Below are positions 20,499-29,764 of a stretch of DNA of 55,008 nt, one piece after another. Source of the DNA: Sphingomonadaceae bacterium. GTDB taxonomy: Bacteria; Chloroflexota; UBA6077. How positions within the stretch are numbered: the first letter of the stretch is position 1; every line of letters starts with the position of its first letter. The notes under the pieces were generated by a model. The model was not told the origin of the DNA and made no database searches. It saw only the letters and a program-made list of their open reading frames with translations. The stretch is taken from assembly GCA_050261575.1 (NCBI GenBank), contig JBLNDL010000045.1:1-55008 (forward strand). The letters are read 5' to 3'. The position numbers and the translations under genes are program-made.

Positions 20499-22649
20499 CT
20501 ACTTGAAGAAGAACGTCTCCGGATGGGAGCTGCACGGAGTCCTGGCGTGCTGGGCGTTGACCTGCCTTGCCGGGATGTTGCCCAACTTGTTGCTCACCAC
20601 GCGGACGCCCATGAAGGCCGGAGACTGGCCGACGGTGCCGATGCTCCAGGTTTCTTCCACCAGGATCTTCCAGATCTCCTGCCCCAACTTGATCCGCTCC
20701 TGGTCCTTGAGCCCGGCGGCGGACCTGAAGAGGTCGAACGCCTTGATCATCTGCGGGTCCGTGGGTTTCTTGCCAGACTCCCCGTTCGTAGCGAACCACT
20801 TGGCGTAGGCGGCGCCCATGTGGGCCTCCGTCGTGTCCACCGGCAGGGCGTGGCGAGGGAAGAGGAACAGCATCTCGGAGCCGTCGTTCGCCCACAGCAT
20901 GATCTGCTGCTCGTTGTTCTGGCTTCGAGTGAACGCCAAGGTACGCTCCATCTCCTTGACGTCGGCCTGGATGCCGATCTTCTTCCACTGTTCCCTCGCC
21001 ATCTCGGCGATCTGGGTGTAGGGAATGAACATCCCGCCGACCGTGGTCAACTCAATCCTCAGCCTTCCCTTGCCGTCGGTTCGGAGCCGGTAGCCCTCCG
21101 AGTCCTTCTTGTCCAGGCCGATCTTGTCCAGCAGCTCGTTGGCCTTCGCGGGATCGTAGGTCGCCCACAACGTCCTGTACTCCGGACCCGGGCTGTAGGG
21201 CGAGGACTCGGCCGGGGCCGTGGAGCCGGGTGTGCCGGTTCCCAGCCAGAAAGTCTCGTTCATCTGGTCCCGATCGAGCCCCAGCGAGAGTGCGTGCCGG
21301 AAGTCCTTGTTGGTCAGCCACTTCGCGATCTCGGGATCGCCCTCGTATGCCTGGTTGACGTGGAAGGCGCAGTCGGAGCCGTTGAGAGCCGGATCCAGGT
21401 GCACGGTGTAGTCCCCCTTGCTCTGGTTCTCCAGGAAGACGGGGAGCTTCTGCATGTCCGTGTGCCGCTCCTGCTCGTCGTACTCACCGGCGATGGCGCG
21501 AAGGTTGAGGACCTCCAGGTTCTCGGCCAGCGACATCACGATCTTGTCGATGTAAGGAAGCTGGTTCCCGTCGGTGTCCACTGCCCAGAAGTACGGGTTG
21601 CGCTCCAAGATCCAGTTGGGGGTGTTGATGGGGCTGGCGGTCTTCCACGGCGTGACGGTGGGTAGGTCGGGGTTGAGCTGCCAGTCCATCTTGAACTTGA
21701 GCAGGCTTTTCCAACTGTCGAACCCCGCGTCCTTGGCCTGCTTCTCAAGCTGCTCTACCGGGGTGAACTTCGGCAGGAACTGCTTGACGTAGTGAGCCGG
21801 GGTGTAGCAGCCGAAGAAGTTGGCCGGCTTCGACTGGCGCGTCGCCTGTCCGCCGCCGATCAGGGTGCTGCCAGCGAGGATATCCACGAAGAGGTAGTTG
21901 GGATCCTCGAACTCGAAGGCCACCGTGTAGTCGTCGATCTTCTTGAGCTTCCCCTGCTTGCCGTTTGCCGACAGTTCGGCCGTGGGCGTGGTCACCAGCT
22001 CCTTGTTGAGGTAGATCTCCTCGTACCAGAAGACGAAGTCGTTGGCCGTGAAGGGCTGCCCGTCCGACCACTTCATGCCCTTGCGCAGGTAGATGGTCGT
22101 CGTCTTGCCGTCGTCGCTGACCTTCCAGTCCTTGGCCAGGCTCGGGGCGTACTTGGTTCCCGTGTAGTCCCAGAAGAGGATCTTGTCCGTCGAGACGATC
22201 CGGTTGCCGTTCTCGCCATCCCCTGGTCCAGTGAAACCGCGTCGCCAGGTTCCGCCGTACTTGCCGATCTGGTGGACCGGCTTCAGGACCATCACGTCCG
22301 AAGGCTCGGGCAACCGCTTCTCCACCGGGGGGAGCTTGCCGGCCTTCACGAGCTCGGCCAGTTGCGGTGCCTCCTTGAAGCTCTTGGGGAAGCCGGACGG
22401 ATCGCGAACGATCTCCGGTCCCTCCAGTTTGCCGACCAAACTCGCGCCGAGCTTTGGCTCGGAAGCCTTGGGAGGAGCAGGGGCAGCGGTGGGAGGGGGG
22501 GGAGACGACACCGCCTTGGTGGGCGCAGGCGGCGGCTGTGTGGGGGGTGCGGGGGTCTGCGGTGCGCAAGCGGCCAGGGTTGCAGCGCCAGCCGCGACTG
22601 CCGAGAGACGTAGGAACTCGCGCCTGGACAGGGCCTTCCGCTTCGACAT
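20499..22649 (-). CDS. Family 5 ABC solute-binding protein, Tat-exported lipoprotein
   Basis: SRREFL twin-arginine signal, LAAC lipobox, Pro-rich linker, GKLPPVEKRLP, GKYGG, KWSDGQPFTANDF, RNPYFW..GNQLPYID. Confidence 0.93.
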   Translation of the reverse strand: MSKRKALSRREFLRLSAVAAGAATLAACAPQTPAPPTQPPPAPTKAVSSPPPPTAAPAPPKASEPKLGASLVGKLEGPEIVRDPSGFPKSFKEAPQLAELVKAGKLPPVEKRLPEPSDVMVLKPVHQIGKYGGTWRRGFTGPGDGENGNRIVSTDKILFWDYTGTKYAPSLAKDWKVSDDGKTTTIYLRKGMKWSDGQPFTANDFVFWYEEIYLNKELVTTPTAELSANGKQGKLKKIDDYTVAFEFEDPNYLFVDILAGSTLIGGGQATRQSKPANFFGCYTPAHYVKQFLPKFTPVEQLEKQAKDAGFDSWKSLLKFKMDWQLNPDLPTVTPWKTASPINTPNWILERNPYFWAVDTDGNQLPYIDKIVMSLAENLEVLNLRAIAGEYDEQERHTDMQKLPVFLENQSKGDYTVHLDPALNGSDCAFHVNQAYEGDPEIAKWLTNKDFRHALSLGLDRDQMNETFWLGTGTPGSTAPAESSPYSPGPEYRTLWATYDPAKANELLDKIGLDKKDSEGYRLRTDGKGRLRIELTTVGGMFIPYTQIAEMAREQWKKIGIQADVKEMERTLAFTRSQNNEQQIMLWANDGSEMLFLFPRHALPVDTTEAHMGAAYAKWFATNGESGKKPTDPQMIKAFDLFRSAAGLKDQERIKLGQEIWKILVEETWSIGTVGQSPAFMGVRVVSNKLGNIPARQVNAQHARTPCSSHPETFFFK

Positions 22650-22807
22650 GATGACTCCTCCTTATCAGACTGGTGAAACCAAGCAGCCCGCTGCAGCGGA
22701 CGTCACCGCATCAGTTCGGCGCCAGTTACCGAGAAGAGTCACAAGCAGGTTGTGCAACCGTCGTTGGCCAACTGCTCCGTCGCGCTAACGAAGTAGAGTA
22801 CCCTCCT

Positions 22808-23725
22808 CTAGGTCTTTGTCAAGGGATCTGGTTCGAAAACGCCCAACTCGTTCAACACTCCTCCGATCAGCGCCCAACCAGCCTCGTCCAGCGGCCTGAT
22901 CGGTAAGCCTGCGGTGGGGCCGCAGATGCCCAGAACGCTGAGCGCCCCCTTGAGACCGGCCAGCCAGAAGCCGGCCTCGTACACTGCGCAGGCGCGGTCC
23001 TGTCTTGCCTGCAGCGCGAGCGCCCGCTCGACGTCGCCCTTCCGGGCCGCTGACACGAGCTGGCACGAGATGGACGGCACCACGTTCGCTATGCCTGGAA
23101 TGGCTCCGTCTGCCCCCTCGAAGATGCTTCGCGCCACCAACCCCTCGGCCCCCTGGAAGACGCGCAGCCCAACGGACTTGGCAGCATCCAAGAGCGCCAC
23201 GAACGCTTCCCAGTCGTTGCTGCTGTCCTTCAACCCCACGACGTTGGGGAGTTCCCCCAGCCTCCGGACGAGGGCCGGTGTGAAGCGGTTCCGCGTGATC
23301 TGGGGGATGTTGTAGAGCAAGATCGGCAGCCTCGAAGCGTCGGCGATGGCCTCGACGTGTGCGGCGATGTACCGCTCGTCGTCGTCGAGGAAGTATTGAG
23401 GCACCATCACCGCCAGGGCATCAGCCCCTGCCTCCTCCGCATCGGCCACCGCTTCCAAGGCACGCGCGGTGGAGGTCTCGCCGACTCCTGCCAGGATGGG
23501 GACTCGACCGGCGACCCCATTCACGAAAGCACGGATGGCGGCGGATCTCTGGGATCGGGTGAGGGTGGGGCCCTCGCCGCAGGACCCGAGCACGAAGATC
23601 CCGTCGACGCCACCGTGCACCAAGTGATCGACGAGCCGCTGGACGCCCTGTGGGTCGACGGCCCCCTGAGGCGTTAGAGGGGTGACGGCGGGCGGGATGA
23701 CGCCGACCGGGTCAAAGCGGTCCAT
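22808..23725 (-). CDS. DHDPS/NAL-family class I aldolase or dehydratase (not canonical DapA)
   Basis: PPAVTPL, GSCGE (DapA has GTTGE), LYNIP, Schiff-base GLKDSS; ATG 23725 after AAGGAG. Confidence 0.88.
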   Translation of the reverse strand: MDRFDPVGVIPPAVTPLTPQGAVDPQGVQRLVDHLVHGGVDGIFVLGSCGEGPTLTRSQRSAAIRAFVNGVAGRVPILAGVGETSTARALEAVADAEEAGADALAVMVPQYFLDDDERYIAAHVEAIADASRLPILLYNIPQITRNRFTPALVRRLGELPNVVGLKDSSNDWEAFVALLDAAKSVGLRVFQGAEGLVARSIFEGADGAIPGIANVVPSISCQLVSAARKGDVERALALQARQDRACAVYEAGFWLAGLKGALSVLGICGPTAGLPIRPLDEAGWALIGGVLNELGVFEPDPLTKT

Positions 23726-23855
23726 GCCAGTACTCCTTTCGGCCCGACTGCAGGGCTGGCTGCCCGAATTCAAGGACCATCCGGCCATCCCTCGTCGCGT
23801 CGTGGACTCGGGCTCGGGCCGCTGCCCGCCACGTTACCATTCTGCATCCGCCCTA

Positions 23856-24614
23856 CTAGGCGTAAGGGGTGCGGCTACAACCGGTTGCCTCGGGTTCGCG
23901 ATGGCCAGCCAGCTCAGGGGATCGAACCTCCGAGTTTGTGGCCGAGACGATCCGCGAACGACTACTGGCAAAGTGGTCCGTCAGGGCGCGCGCCGCGCGG
24001 GTCCGATCACCCGACCGAAGCGCCCGCACCAGCGATCGATGGACCTCGACGGCGCGGTACGGGTCGGGCTCGTAGGAGACCACCTGGCCCTCCAGCCGGT
24101 GATAGCTCTTCCAGAAGAGGTCGATGAGGCGGCGAACCAGGGAATTGTCGAGTCCGGCGAACAGCCGCTGGTGAAAGGCCCGATCCTGGTCACCGAAGAG
24201 CTCTCCGCGTTGGGCTCGCGCATCCATCTCGTCCACGATCGCCTCAAGGGCGGCGAGATCAGACGCGCCGATCCGATCCATCACCATCCCAAGGAGGCCC
24301 ACTTCCAGGGCCTCCCGGACCTCGTGCAATTCTCGCAGCGACTTGCCGTCGTCACCCAGACTGTATGGCAGGTTCTCCAGAATGGGATCGAAGGAGAAGG
24401 CCCGCACGAAGACGCCGTTTCCGTGCTGAGCATCGACGATGCCCAGCGACTCGAGGCTCTTCATCGCCTCCCTGAGAGAGAGGCGGCTTATGCCAAGCTC
24501 GCGGGCAAGGGCTGCTTCGGGGGGAAGGGGGTCGCCGGGCCGCAGATGGTGGCTCCGTATGTACTCTTTCAGTTGTCGCTGAGCCTGACGGTAGAGCGGG
24601 ATACGTCGAGCCAC
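23856..24614 (-). CDS. GntR/FadR-family transcriptional regulator
   Basis: PGDPLPPEAALARELGISRLSLREAMKSL winged helix; FCD domain with EVREALE and DRAFH. Confidence 0.93.
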   Translation of the reverse strand: MARRIPLYRQAQRQLKEYIRSHHLRPGDPLPPEAALARELGISRLSLREAMKSLESLGIVDAQHGNGVFVRAFSFDPILENLPYSLGDDGKSLRELHEVREALEVGLLGMVMDRIGASDLAALEAIVDEMDARAQRGELFGDQDRAFHQRLFAGLDNSLVRRLIDLFWKSYHRLEGQVVSYEPDPYRAVEVHRSLVRALRSGDRTRAARALTDHFASSRSRIVSATNSEVRSPELAGHREPEATGCSRTPYA

Positions 24615-24629
24615 CCGGTCGAAACCCCA

Positions 24630-24678
24630 GTCATCAGATATCTGAGGACAGTATATGTAGCTCCCCCCGCGGCGTCAA
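24630..24678 (-). promoter_or_regulatory. Sigma70 promoter of the GntR gene with adjacent palindromic operator
   Basis: Minus-strand TTGACG (24678-24673)-17 nt-TATACT (24655-24650); palindrome GTCATCAGATATCTGAGGAC at 24630-24649. Confidence 0.7.
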
Positions 24679-24842
24679 CCACTTTCCTCGGGTGAGGGGT
24701 CGTGCTACCCCCCCGAGTCCGTGACCGGCTGGGGCCGGCGTCGTCCCCGATGCTGGCGGGTCCCGTGATGATCCGAGCGGGGGACATGCCCTGCCGCCCG
24801 GCCGGGCCGGCAGAGCTTGCGGCCCTGCGCCGTGACGGGGTG

Positions 24843-24880
24843 AAAGGAAAAAAAGGGGGGGGTGGAGTCCCATCCCCCTT
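24843..24880 (-). terminator. Intrinsic terminator downstream of ileS copy A
   Basis: Minus-strand G-rich/C-rich stem followed by a long T tract (plus strand AAAGGAAAAAAAGGGGGGG). Confidence 0.65.
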
Positions 24881-24899
24881 GTGTGCTTGCTTCGTTGGC

Positions 24900-27800
24900 C
24901 TACCGCTTCACGCCGACGAGCAGCTTGCCGCCATCCAGGTCGGCCTCCACGGTGTAGGCGCCGGGCTCCGGCGCACCCGCTGTCAGCGAGTTCGCCAGGG
25001 TCTCGGCTCGGACGAAGTCGCCATAGGTGGCGAGCAACTGCTCCAGATCGATCCCCTCCCTGGGCTCCACGGTGACGGTGATCCGGTCGGTGATCTCGAA
25101 CCCAGCCGACTTTCGGGCGTCCTGGATGAACCTCACGAGGTCGCGGGCCTGGCCCTCCAGCCGAAGCTCGGGGGTCACCGTGGTGTTCAGCGCCACCAGC
25201 AGCCGGTTGCGACCGGCGACGGTGTAACCCTCCGGGGAGGTCACGTCCACCAACACCTCCTCCGGCTCCAGCCGCACGGTCTCTCCGTTCACCTGGATGT
25301 CGAAGTGCTGTCCGGCCTCCACGGCGCGGGCTGCCGCGGCCGCATCCTCCCCGGAGAGCTTGGCGAGCTCAGCCTTTATGGCCGGCACCAGCTTCCGGTA
25401 CTTCCTGCCGAGGAGCGGCAGGTTGGGGTTGAAGCGATACTGGACGAGCGCCTCGTCCCCCTCTATGATCCGCAGCTTCTTGACGTTCAACTCCTCCAGT
25501 AGCTCGTCCTCGAAGCGACGCAGCCCCTGGCCGCCGTCCGGCGTACGCACTAGAAGCTCGCTCAGCGGCTGCCGCACCCGAAGCTGAGCCGACTGTCGGG
25601 CGGCCCGTCCGAGGCTCACTGTCTCCAGCAGCAGCGCGGTGTCGGCCAGTAGCTGCTCGTCGATCAGCGCCTCGTCCACCTCCGGCCACTCCGCCAGGTG
25701 GACGCTCTCGGGCGCGCCCGGGACTTGGTCGGCAACCAGGTTCCGGTACATCGCCTCGCTGACGAAGGGCATGAACGGCGCCAGCAGCCTGGAGAGGGTG
25801 GCCAGGCAGGTGTACAGCGTGTAGTAGGCGGCGTTCTTATCGGCGTCGTTCTCGGATTTCCAGAAGCGCCGCCTGTTCCGGCGCACGTACCAGTTGGAAA
25901 GCTCCTCGACGAAGCTGTCGATCGCCTTGGCCGGGCCGTGGATATCGTACTCATCCAGCATCGCCGTGACGTCCCGAACCAGGGCGTTCAGGCGGCCCAG
26001 TGCCCACTTATCGATAGGGGCCAGGGCCAATGGGTGAGGACTGGGGACTGAGGGCTGAGTGGAACGCCCATCCTCACTCGGTCCTGTGCCTTCGCTCCTC
26101 AGTCCCGATGCGGTCGGGGTCCAGCCGTCCAGCTTGGCGTAGGTCACGAAGAAGGCGTAGGTGTTCCACAGCGTCAGCATGAACTGCCTGCGCACATCGC
26201 CCACCTGCTCCGGCGAGAAGCGACGCGGGTTGTAGGGCGGCGCCGATGCGTACATGTACCACCGGGTCGCGTCCGCGCCGTAGTTCGCGAGCAGTTCGAA
26301 CGGATCGACCACGTTGCCTCGCGACTTGGACATCTTCATGCCGTTGATGTCCAGGATGTGGCCGAGGCAAATGACGTTGTCGAATGCCGGACGGTCGAAC
26401 AGCAGGGTCGACACCGCGTGGAGGGTGTAGAACCAACCGCGAGTCTGGTCGATCGCCTCCGAGATGAAGTCGGCCTTGCCAGCGGTCTCGAACAGCTCTC
26501 TGTTCTCGAACGGGTAATGCCACTGGGCCACCGGCATCGAGCCGGAGTCGAACCAGCAGTCGGCAACATCCGGAACCCTGCGCGCGGTCCCGCTCGCGCA
26601 ACTGGGGCAGATCCAGGTGACCTCGTCCACGTATGGCCGGTGAAGGTCCAGTCCGACCAGGTCGCGCCCCGCCTTCTCGGACAGCTCGCGCACGGAGCCC
26701 ACCACCTCGGTGTGGCCGCAGGAGTCGCAGACCCAGATCGGCAGTGGGGTGCCCCAGTAGCGCTCACGGCTGAGGGCCCAGTCGATATTGTTCTCCAGCC
26801 AGTTCCCGAACCGCCCGTCCTTGATGTGGTCTGGCACCCAGTGGATCTGGCTGTTGTTGGCGAGCAGCCTGTCCTTCCTCGCAGTGGTTCGCACGTACCA
26901 GGAAGGCTTGGCGTAGTAGAGCAGCGGCGTGTCGCAGCGCCAGCAGAAGGGATAGCTGTGGTGAACCCTTCCGCCCTTGAACAGCAGGCCGCGCCCCGCC
27001 AGGTTGCTCATGATGAGCGGGTCGGCCTCCTTGAAGAAGAGCCCACCGAAGCCCAACTCCTCGAACTCGGGGAGGGTCTTCCCCGCCAGATCGACCGAAA
27101 AGAGGGTGGGCAGCCCGTACTTGCGGCCGACTTCCAGGTCACCGTAGGCCGGCGCGATGTGGACGATTCCGGTCCCGTCCTCCAGGGAAACGAAGTCGTC
27201 GGCCACCACCCGATACGCGAGCGATAGATCCACCGTCTCGCCGGGGGCAGCAACCCCCTCGAAGAGATTCTCGTAGCGGGCGCCCCAGAGGGCGTCGCCC
27301 TGGAAGGTGGCTAGCACCCTGAAGTTGTCGGCCCCGAGGACGCTTTGCGTCAGCGCCTCGGCCAGCACCAGCCGCTCTGGGTGCTCGCCACCTGTGTACT
27401 CCACCAGGACGTAATCGGCGCCGGGCTTCACCGCCAGGGCCACGTTCGCCGGGAGGGTCCATGGGGTGGTCGTCCAGGCCAGGAAGGCGGCCCCGGCCAG
27501 TTGGCCGTCCAGCGGGTGACCGCTGGGGCGATGGCGGAAGCGGACCCAGACGGAGGGGTCCTCGACGTTGTCCTCGAACCCGAGGGAGACCTCGTGATCG
27601 GACAGCGAGGTCCCGCAGCGGGGGCAGTGCATCGTCACTTTGTAGTCGCGGAAGAGCAGCCCCTGGTCCCAGAAGCTCTTCAGGATCCACCAGAGCGACT
27701 CGATGTACTCGTTGTGGTAGGTGACATAGGGGTGCTCGAGGTCGATCCAGTAGGCCATGCGGTTGGTGAGCCGCTCCCACTCCTGGATGTAGCGCCAGAC

Positions 27801-28175
27801 ACTCTCCTTGCACGCCTGGTTGAACTCGGCGATGCCGTACTTCTCGATGTCGGGTTTGCCCGCAAAGCCCAGCTCCTTCTCGACCTCCAGCTCGACGGGC
27901 AGGCCATGGGTGTCCCAGCCTCCGCGGGCCCCGATCACCCGGTGGCCGCGCATTCGGCGGTAACGGAGAACGATATCCTTGGATGCCCGCGCCTCCACGT
28001 GGTGGACGCCAGGGCGGCCGTTGGCGGTGGGAGGTCCCTCGAAGAAGACGAACGGCTTATCCGGATCGCCCTTCTTCAGCGCCTTCTCGATGATGCCTCG
28101 ATCTTGCCACCACCGCTCGATCTCCTGTTCGAGCGCGGGAAAGGATACCCTCGTGTCTACGTCTCTAAAGCCCAT
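24900..28175 (-). CDS. ileS: Isoleucine-tRNA ligase, type 2 (copy A; GVHH/KMSKS)
   Basis: EGPPTANG, GWDTHGLPVE, WTTTPWTLPAN, GTGIVH, SRERYWGTPLP, DCWFDSG, DQTRGWFY, KMSKS, LSNWYVRRNRRRFW; ATG 28175 after GAGGAGG. Confidence 0.96.
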   Translation of the reverse strand: MGFRDVDTRVSFPALEQEIERWWQDRGIIEKALKKGDPDKPFVFFEGPPTANGRPGVHHVEARASKDIVLRYRRMRGHRVIGARGGWDTHGLPVELEVEKELGFAGKPDIEKYGIAEFNQACKESVWRYIQEWERLTNRMAYWIDLEHPYVTYHNEYIESLWWILKSFWDQGLLFRDYKVTMHCPRCGTSLSDHEVSLGFEDNVEDPSVWVRFRHRPSGHPLDGQLAGAAFLAWTTTPWTLPANVALAVKPGADYVLVEYTGGEHPERLVLAEALTQSVLGADNFRVLATFQGDALWGARYENLFEGVAAPGETVDLSLAYRVVADDFVSLEDGTGIVHIAPAYGDLEVGRKYGLPTLFSVDLAGKTLPEFEELGFGGLFFKEADPLIMSNLAGRGLLFKGGRVHHSYPFCWRCDTPLLYYAKPSWYVRTTARKDRLLANNSQIHWVPDHIKDGRFGNWLENNIDWALSRERYWGTPLPIWVCDSCGHTEVVGSVRELSEKAGRDLVGLDLHRPYVDEVTWICPSCASGTARRVPDVADCWFDSGSMPVAQWHYPFENRELFETAGKADFISEAIDQTRGWFYTLHAVSTLLFDRPAFDNVICLGHILDINGMKMSKSRGNVVDPFELLANYGADATRWYMYASAPPYNPRRFSPEQVGDVRRQFMLTLWNTYAFFVTYAKLDGWTPTASGLRSEGTGPSEDGRSTQPSVPSPHPLALAPIDKWALGRLNALVRDVTAMLDEYDIHGPAKAIDSFVEELSNWYVRRNRRRFWKSENDADKNAAYYTLYTCLATLSRLLAPFMPFVSEAMYRNLVADQVPGAPESVHLAEWPEVDEALIDEQLLADTALLLETVSLGRAARQSAQLRVRQPLSELLVRTPDGGQGLRRFEDELLEELNVKKLRIIEGDEALVQYRFNPNLPLLGRKYRKLVPAIKAELAKLSGEDAAAAARAVEAGQHFDIQVNGETVRLEPEEVLVDVTSPEGYTVAGRNRLLVALNTTVTPELRLEGQARDLVRFIQDARKSAGFEITDRITVTVEPREGIDLEQLLATYGDFVRAETLANSLTAGAPEPGAYTVEADLDGGKLLVGVKR
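26035..26106. repeat. Heptamer (TGAGGAC-like) inverted repeat element inside the ileS-A coding sequence
   Basis: TGAGGAC TGGGGAC TGAGGGC TGAGTG facing CACTCG GTCCTGT GCCTTCG CTCCTCA GTCCC. Confidence 0.6.
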
Positions 28176-28196
28176 GGCACCTCCTCGTCCCCGGAC

Positions 28197-28470
28197 AATA
28201 AGAAGACCTCGCCTCCTCCGGAGACGAGGCCGAAAGGCCCCGCGGTACCACCCCGTTTGGCGCCGCCACTGTTGATAGGGCGCCCCCTCTGCCGAGCCGC
28301 AGCAGCGACTCGCTCCACGATAACGGTGGGATGGGCCGGTCGGCTTACTGGCTCCCGCGTTCAGCTTTCGGCTCGGGAGTGATTCTCGGTGGCGGGTCGG
28401 GCGCGCCTCGCACCTGCCGCGCGCTCGCTGGACCGGCCGGATGCCGCCTACTCGTCTCCGTCTCAGCCTT
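28197..28470 (-). promoter_or_regulatory. T-box riboswitch with Ile (AUC) specifier controlling ileS-A
   Basis: Minus strand: stem I with GAGTAGG, GAGA-ATC specifier (28383-28381), stem II AGTA, CCGTTA, T-box GGGGTGGTACCGCG (28254-28241), terminator CCTCGTCTCC..GGAGGCGAGG-TCTTCTTATT; TGnTAGAAT promoter at about 28486-28478. Confidence 0.92.
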
Positions 28471-28528
28471 TGGTCACATTCTACCACAAGGGGCGCATCG
28501 CCGTGGGAGAAGGCCAGCGCCGCACCGC

Positions 28529-29290
28529 TTACCTCTTTAGGTTGTACTGGAGGAGGCCGTAGCTGTCGATAAGGCTCTTCACCTTGCTGATGTAGGCTGG
28601 GTCGGTGGCGTAGCCCGCCCGGTGCATCCTCCGAGCGAACTCGATCGGGTCGCTCGTCTTGAACGCGTCGGCATAGCGCGGGTTCTGCTTCAAGAAGCGG
28701 CCGTGGTCCATAACCGACTCGTACAGGTTGTGGTACGCCTTGAAGGCGGCCCGGACGACCGTGTCCTTGCCTCCGAACACCTCCCAAGTGTCCATCTTGA
28801 TGATTCCGGCGGGGCCCGGTCCTGAGGCGGCCTTGATCCCGAAGTAGTTCTGTCCCCTCTTCGCGAGTTCGCTACGACCCCATTCCGACTCGAGGATGGC
28901 CTGAGCGATGGTTACGGAGGCGGGGACGCCGGTCTCTCGCTCGGAGTCCTGAGCGGCCGGGACCACGGCGGCGATGAACTTCGTTGGCGTCGAGACATCG
29001 GGGGTCGGGCCGTCCTTAGGGTTTTGCACGCGGTCGGCATGGGCGGTCCGGACGGCCTGATGGCCTGCCGAGGGGGCCGCGGCCAGGATGGGGGTGTAGC
29101 CCACGATCGGCTGCACTATGGCCGCTACCACCAGGGCGAGTGTGGCCACCGTCGCGCCGCGGCGGCCTCGAGGGGACGGGTTCATCCGCGACCCCGACGA
29201 CGAGGCCTGGGATGGCCTGTTCGCCTCGGGCTCCGGTCGGCTCTGGACGCGGTCGACCCGGTCCGGCCTGTCTTGACACAACAAGAGCAT
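28529..29290 (-). CDS. Exported glucosaminidase-domain (GH73/FlgJ-like) peptidoglycan hydrolase
   Basis: PASVTIAQAILESEWG, NYFGIKA, TWE, FKAY, NPRY, GYATDPAY; hydrophobic signal or anchor; AAGGAGG next to ATG 29290/TTG 29284 (alternative ATG 29185). Confidence 0.88.
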   Translation of the reverse strand: MLLLCQDRPDRVDRVQSRPEPEANRPSQASSSGSRMNPSPRGRRGATVATLALVVAAIVQPIVGYTPILAAAPSAGHQAVRTAHADRVQNPKDGPTPDVSTPTKFIAAVVPAAQDSERETGVPASVTIAQAILESEWGRSELAKRGQNYFGIKAASGPGPAGIIKMDTWEVFGGKDTVVRAAFKAYHNLYESVMDHGRFLKQNPRYADAFKTSDPIEFARRMHRAGYATDPAYISKVKSLIDSYGLLQYNLKR

Positions 29291-29764
29291 TCCTCCTTGA
29301 CGCGGCAGTGCGAGGGCGCGGTATGTCCTCGGGGGCCTCGCAGAGCCGCGGTAGTCGGTGGAGGTTGCCGCGGGGCGAAATGGACAGGGTCCTGGTCCCG
29401 ACGCGGCTATTCGGCTAGTAACTGGATGGATATCCCGGGTGTCGGGCTGGGACCGCGGCTGGCGGCGGCGGTGTGTTTCCCAGCGCAACCCGTGTGAAAA
29501 CGAACAACGCCGAAAGCCTATCACATCGTGTAGATAAGCGCAATGTAAGCCGACAAGCTACGATTAGCCGCACAATTGAATCAGGCCGGCAACAGTTGAG
29601 TTGGAGGGCGACGAGCCCGCCCCGCCCTCAGCGCCCGCCGGGGTGCCGCGTCGGAGGCAAGTCCCGACGCTACGTGCAGCCGGGGCGGTACGTGCTCGTG
29701 TTGGTAGCCTTCTTGCTGAGAAGCCTGGAATCGCCGACCTCGCCCGGGAAAGGAGGCTGCTCCC

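Noticed and set aside
22676..22792. attC-like text (GCTGCAGCGGAC, GCTAAC)
   Set aside because: No properly oriented RYYYAAC..GTTRRRY pair, no cassette array, and the recombinase shows no integron-integrase-specific insertion.
22808..23725. Calling the aldolase dapA because dapL is nearby
   Set aside because: It has GSCGE instead of GTTGE and sits in a catabolic GntR/ABC context.
28176..28787. Apparent 200-aa N-terminal extension of ileS-A (1295-aa ORF in the track)
   Set aside because: The region holds the T-box leader and overlaps the hydrolase gene; the real start is ATG 28175 with a strong RBS.
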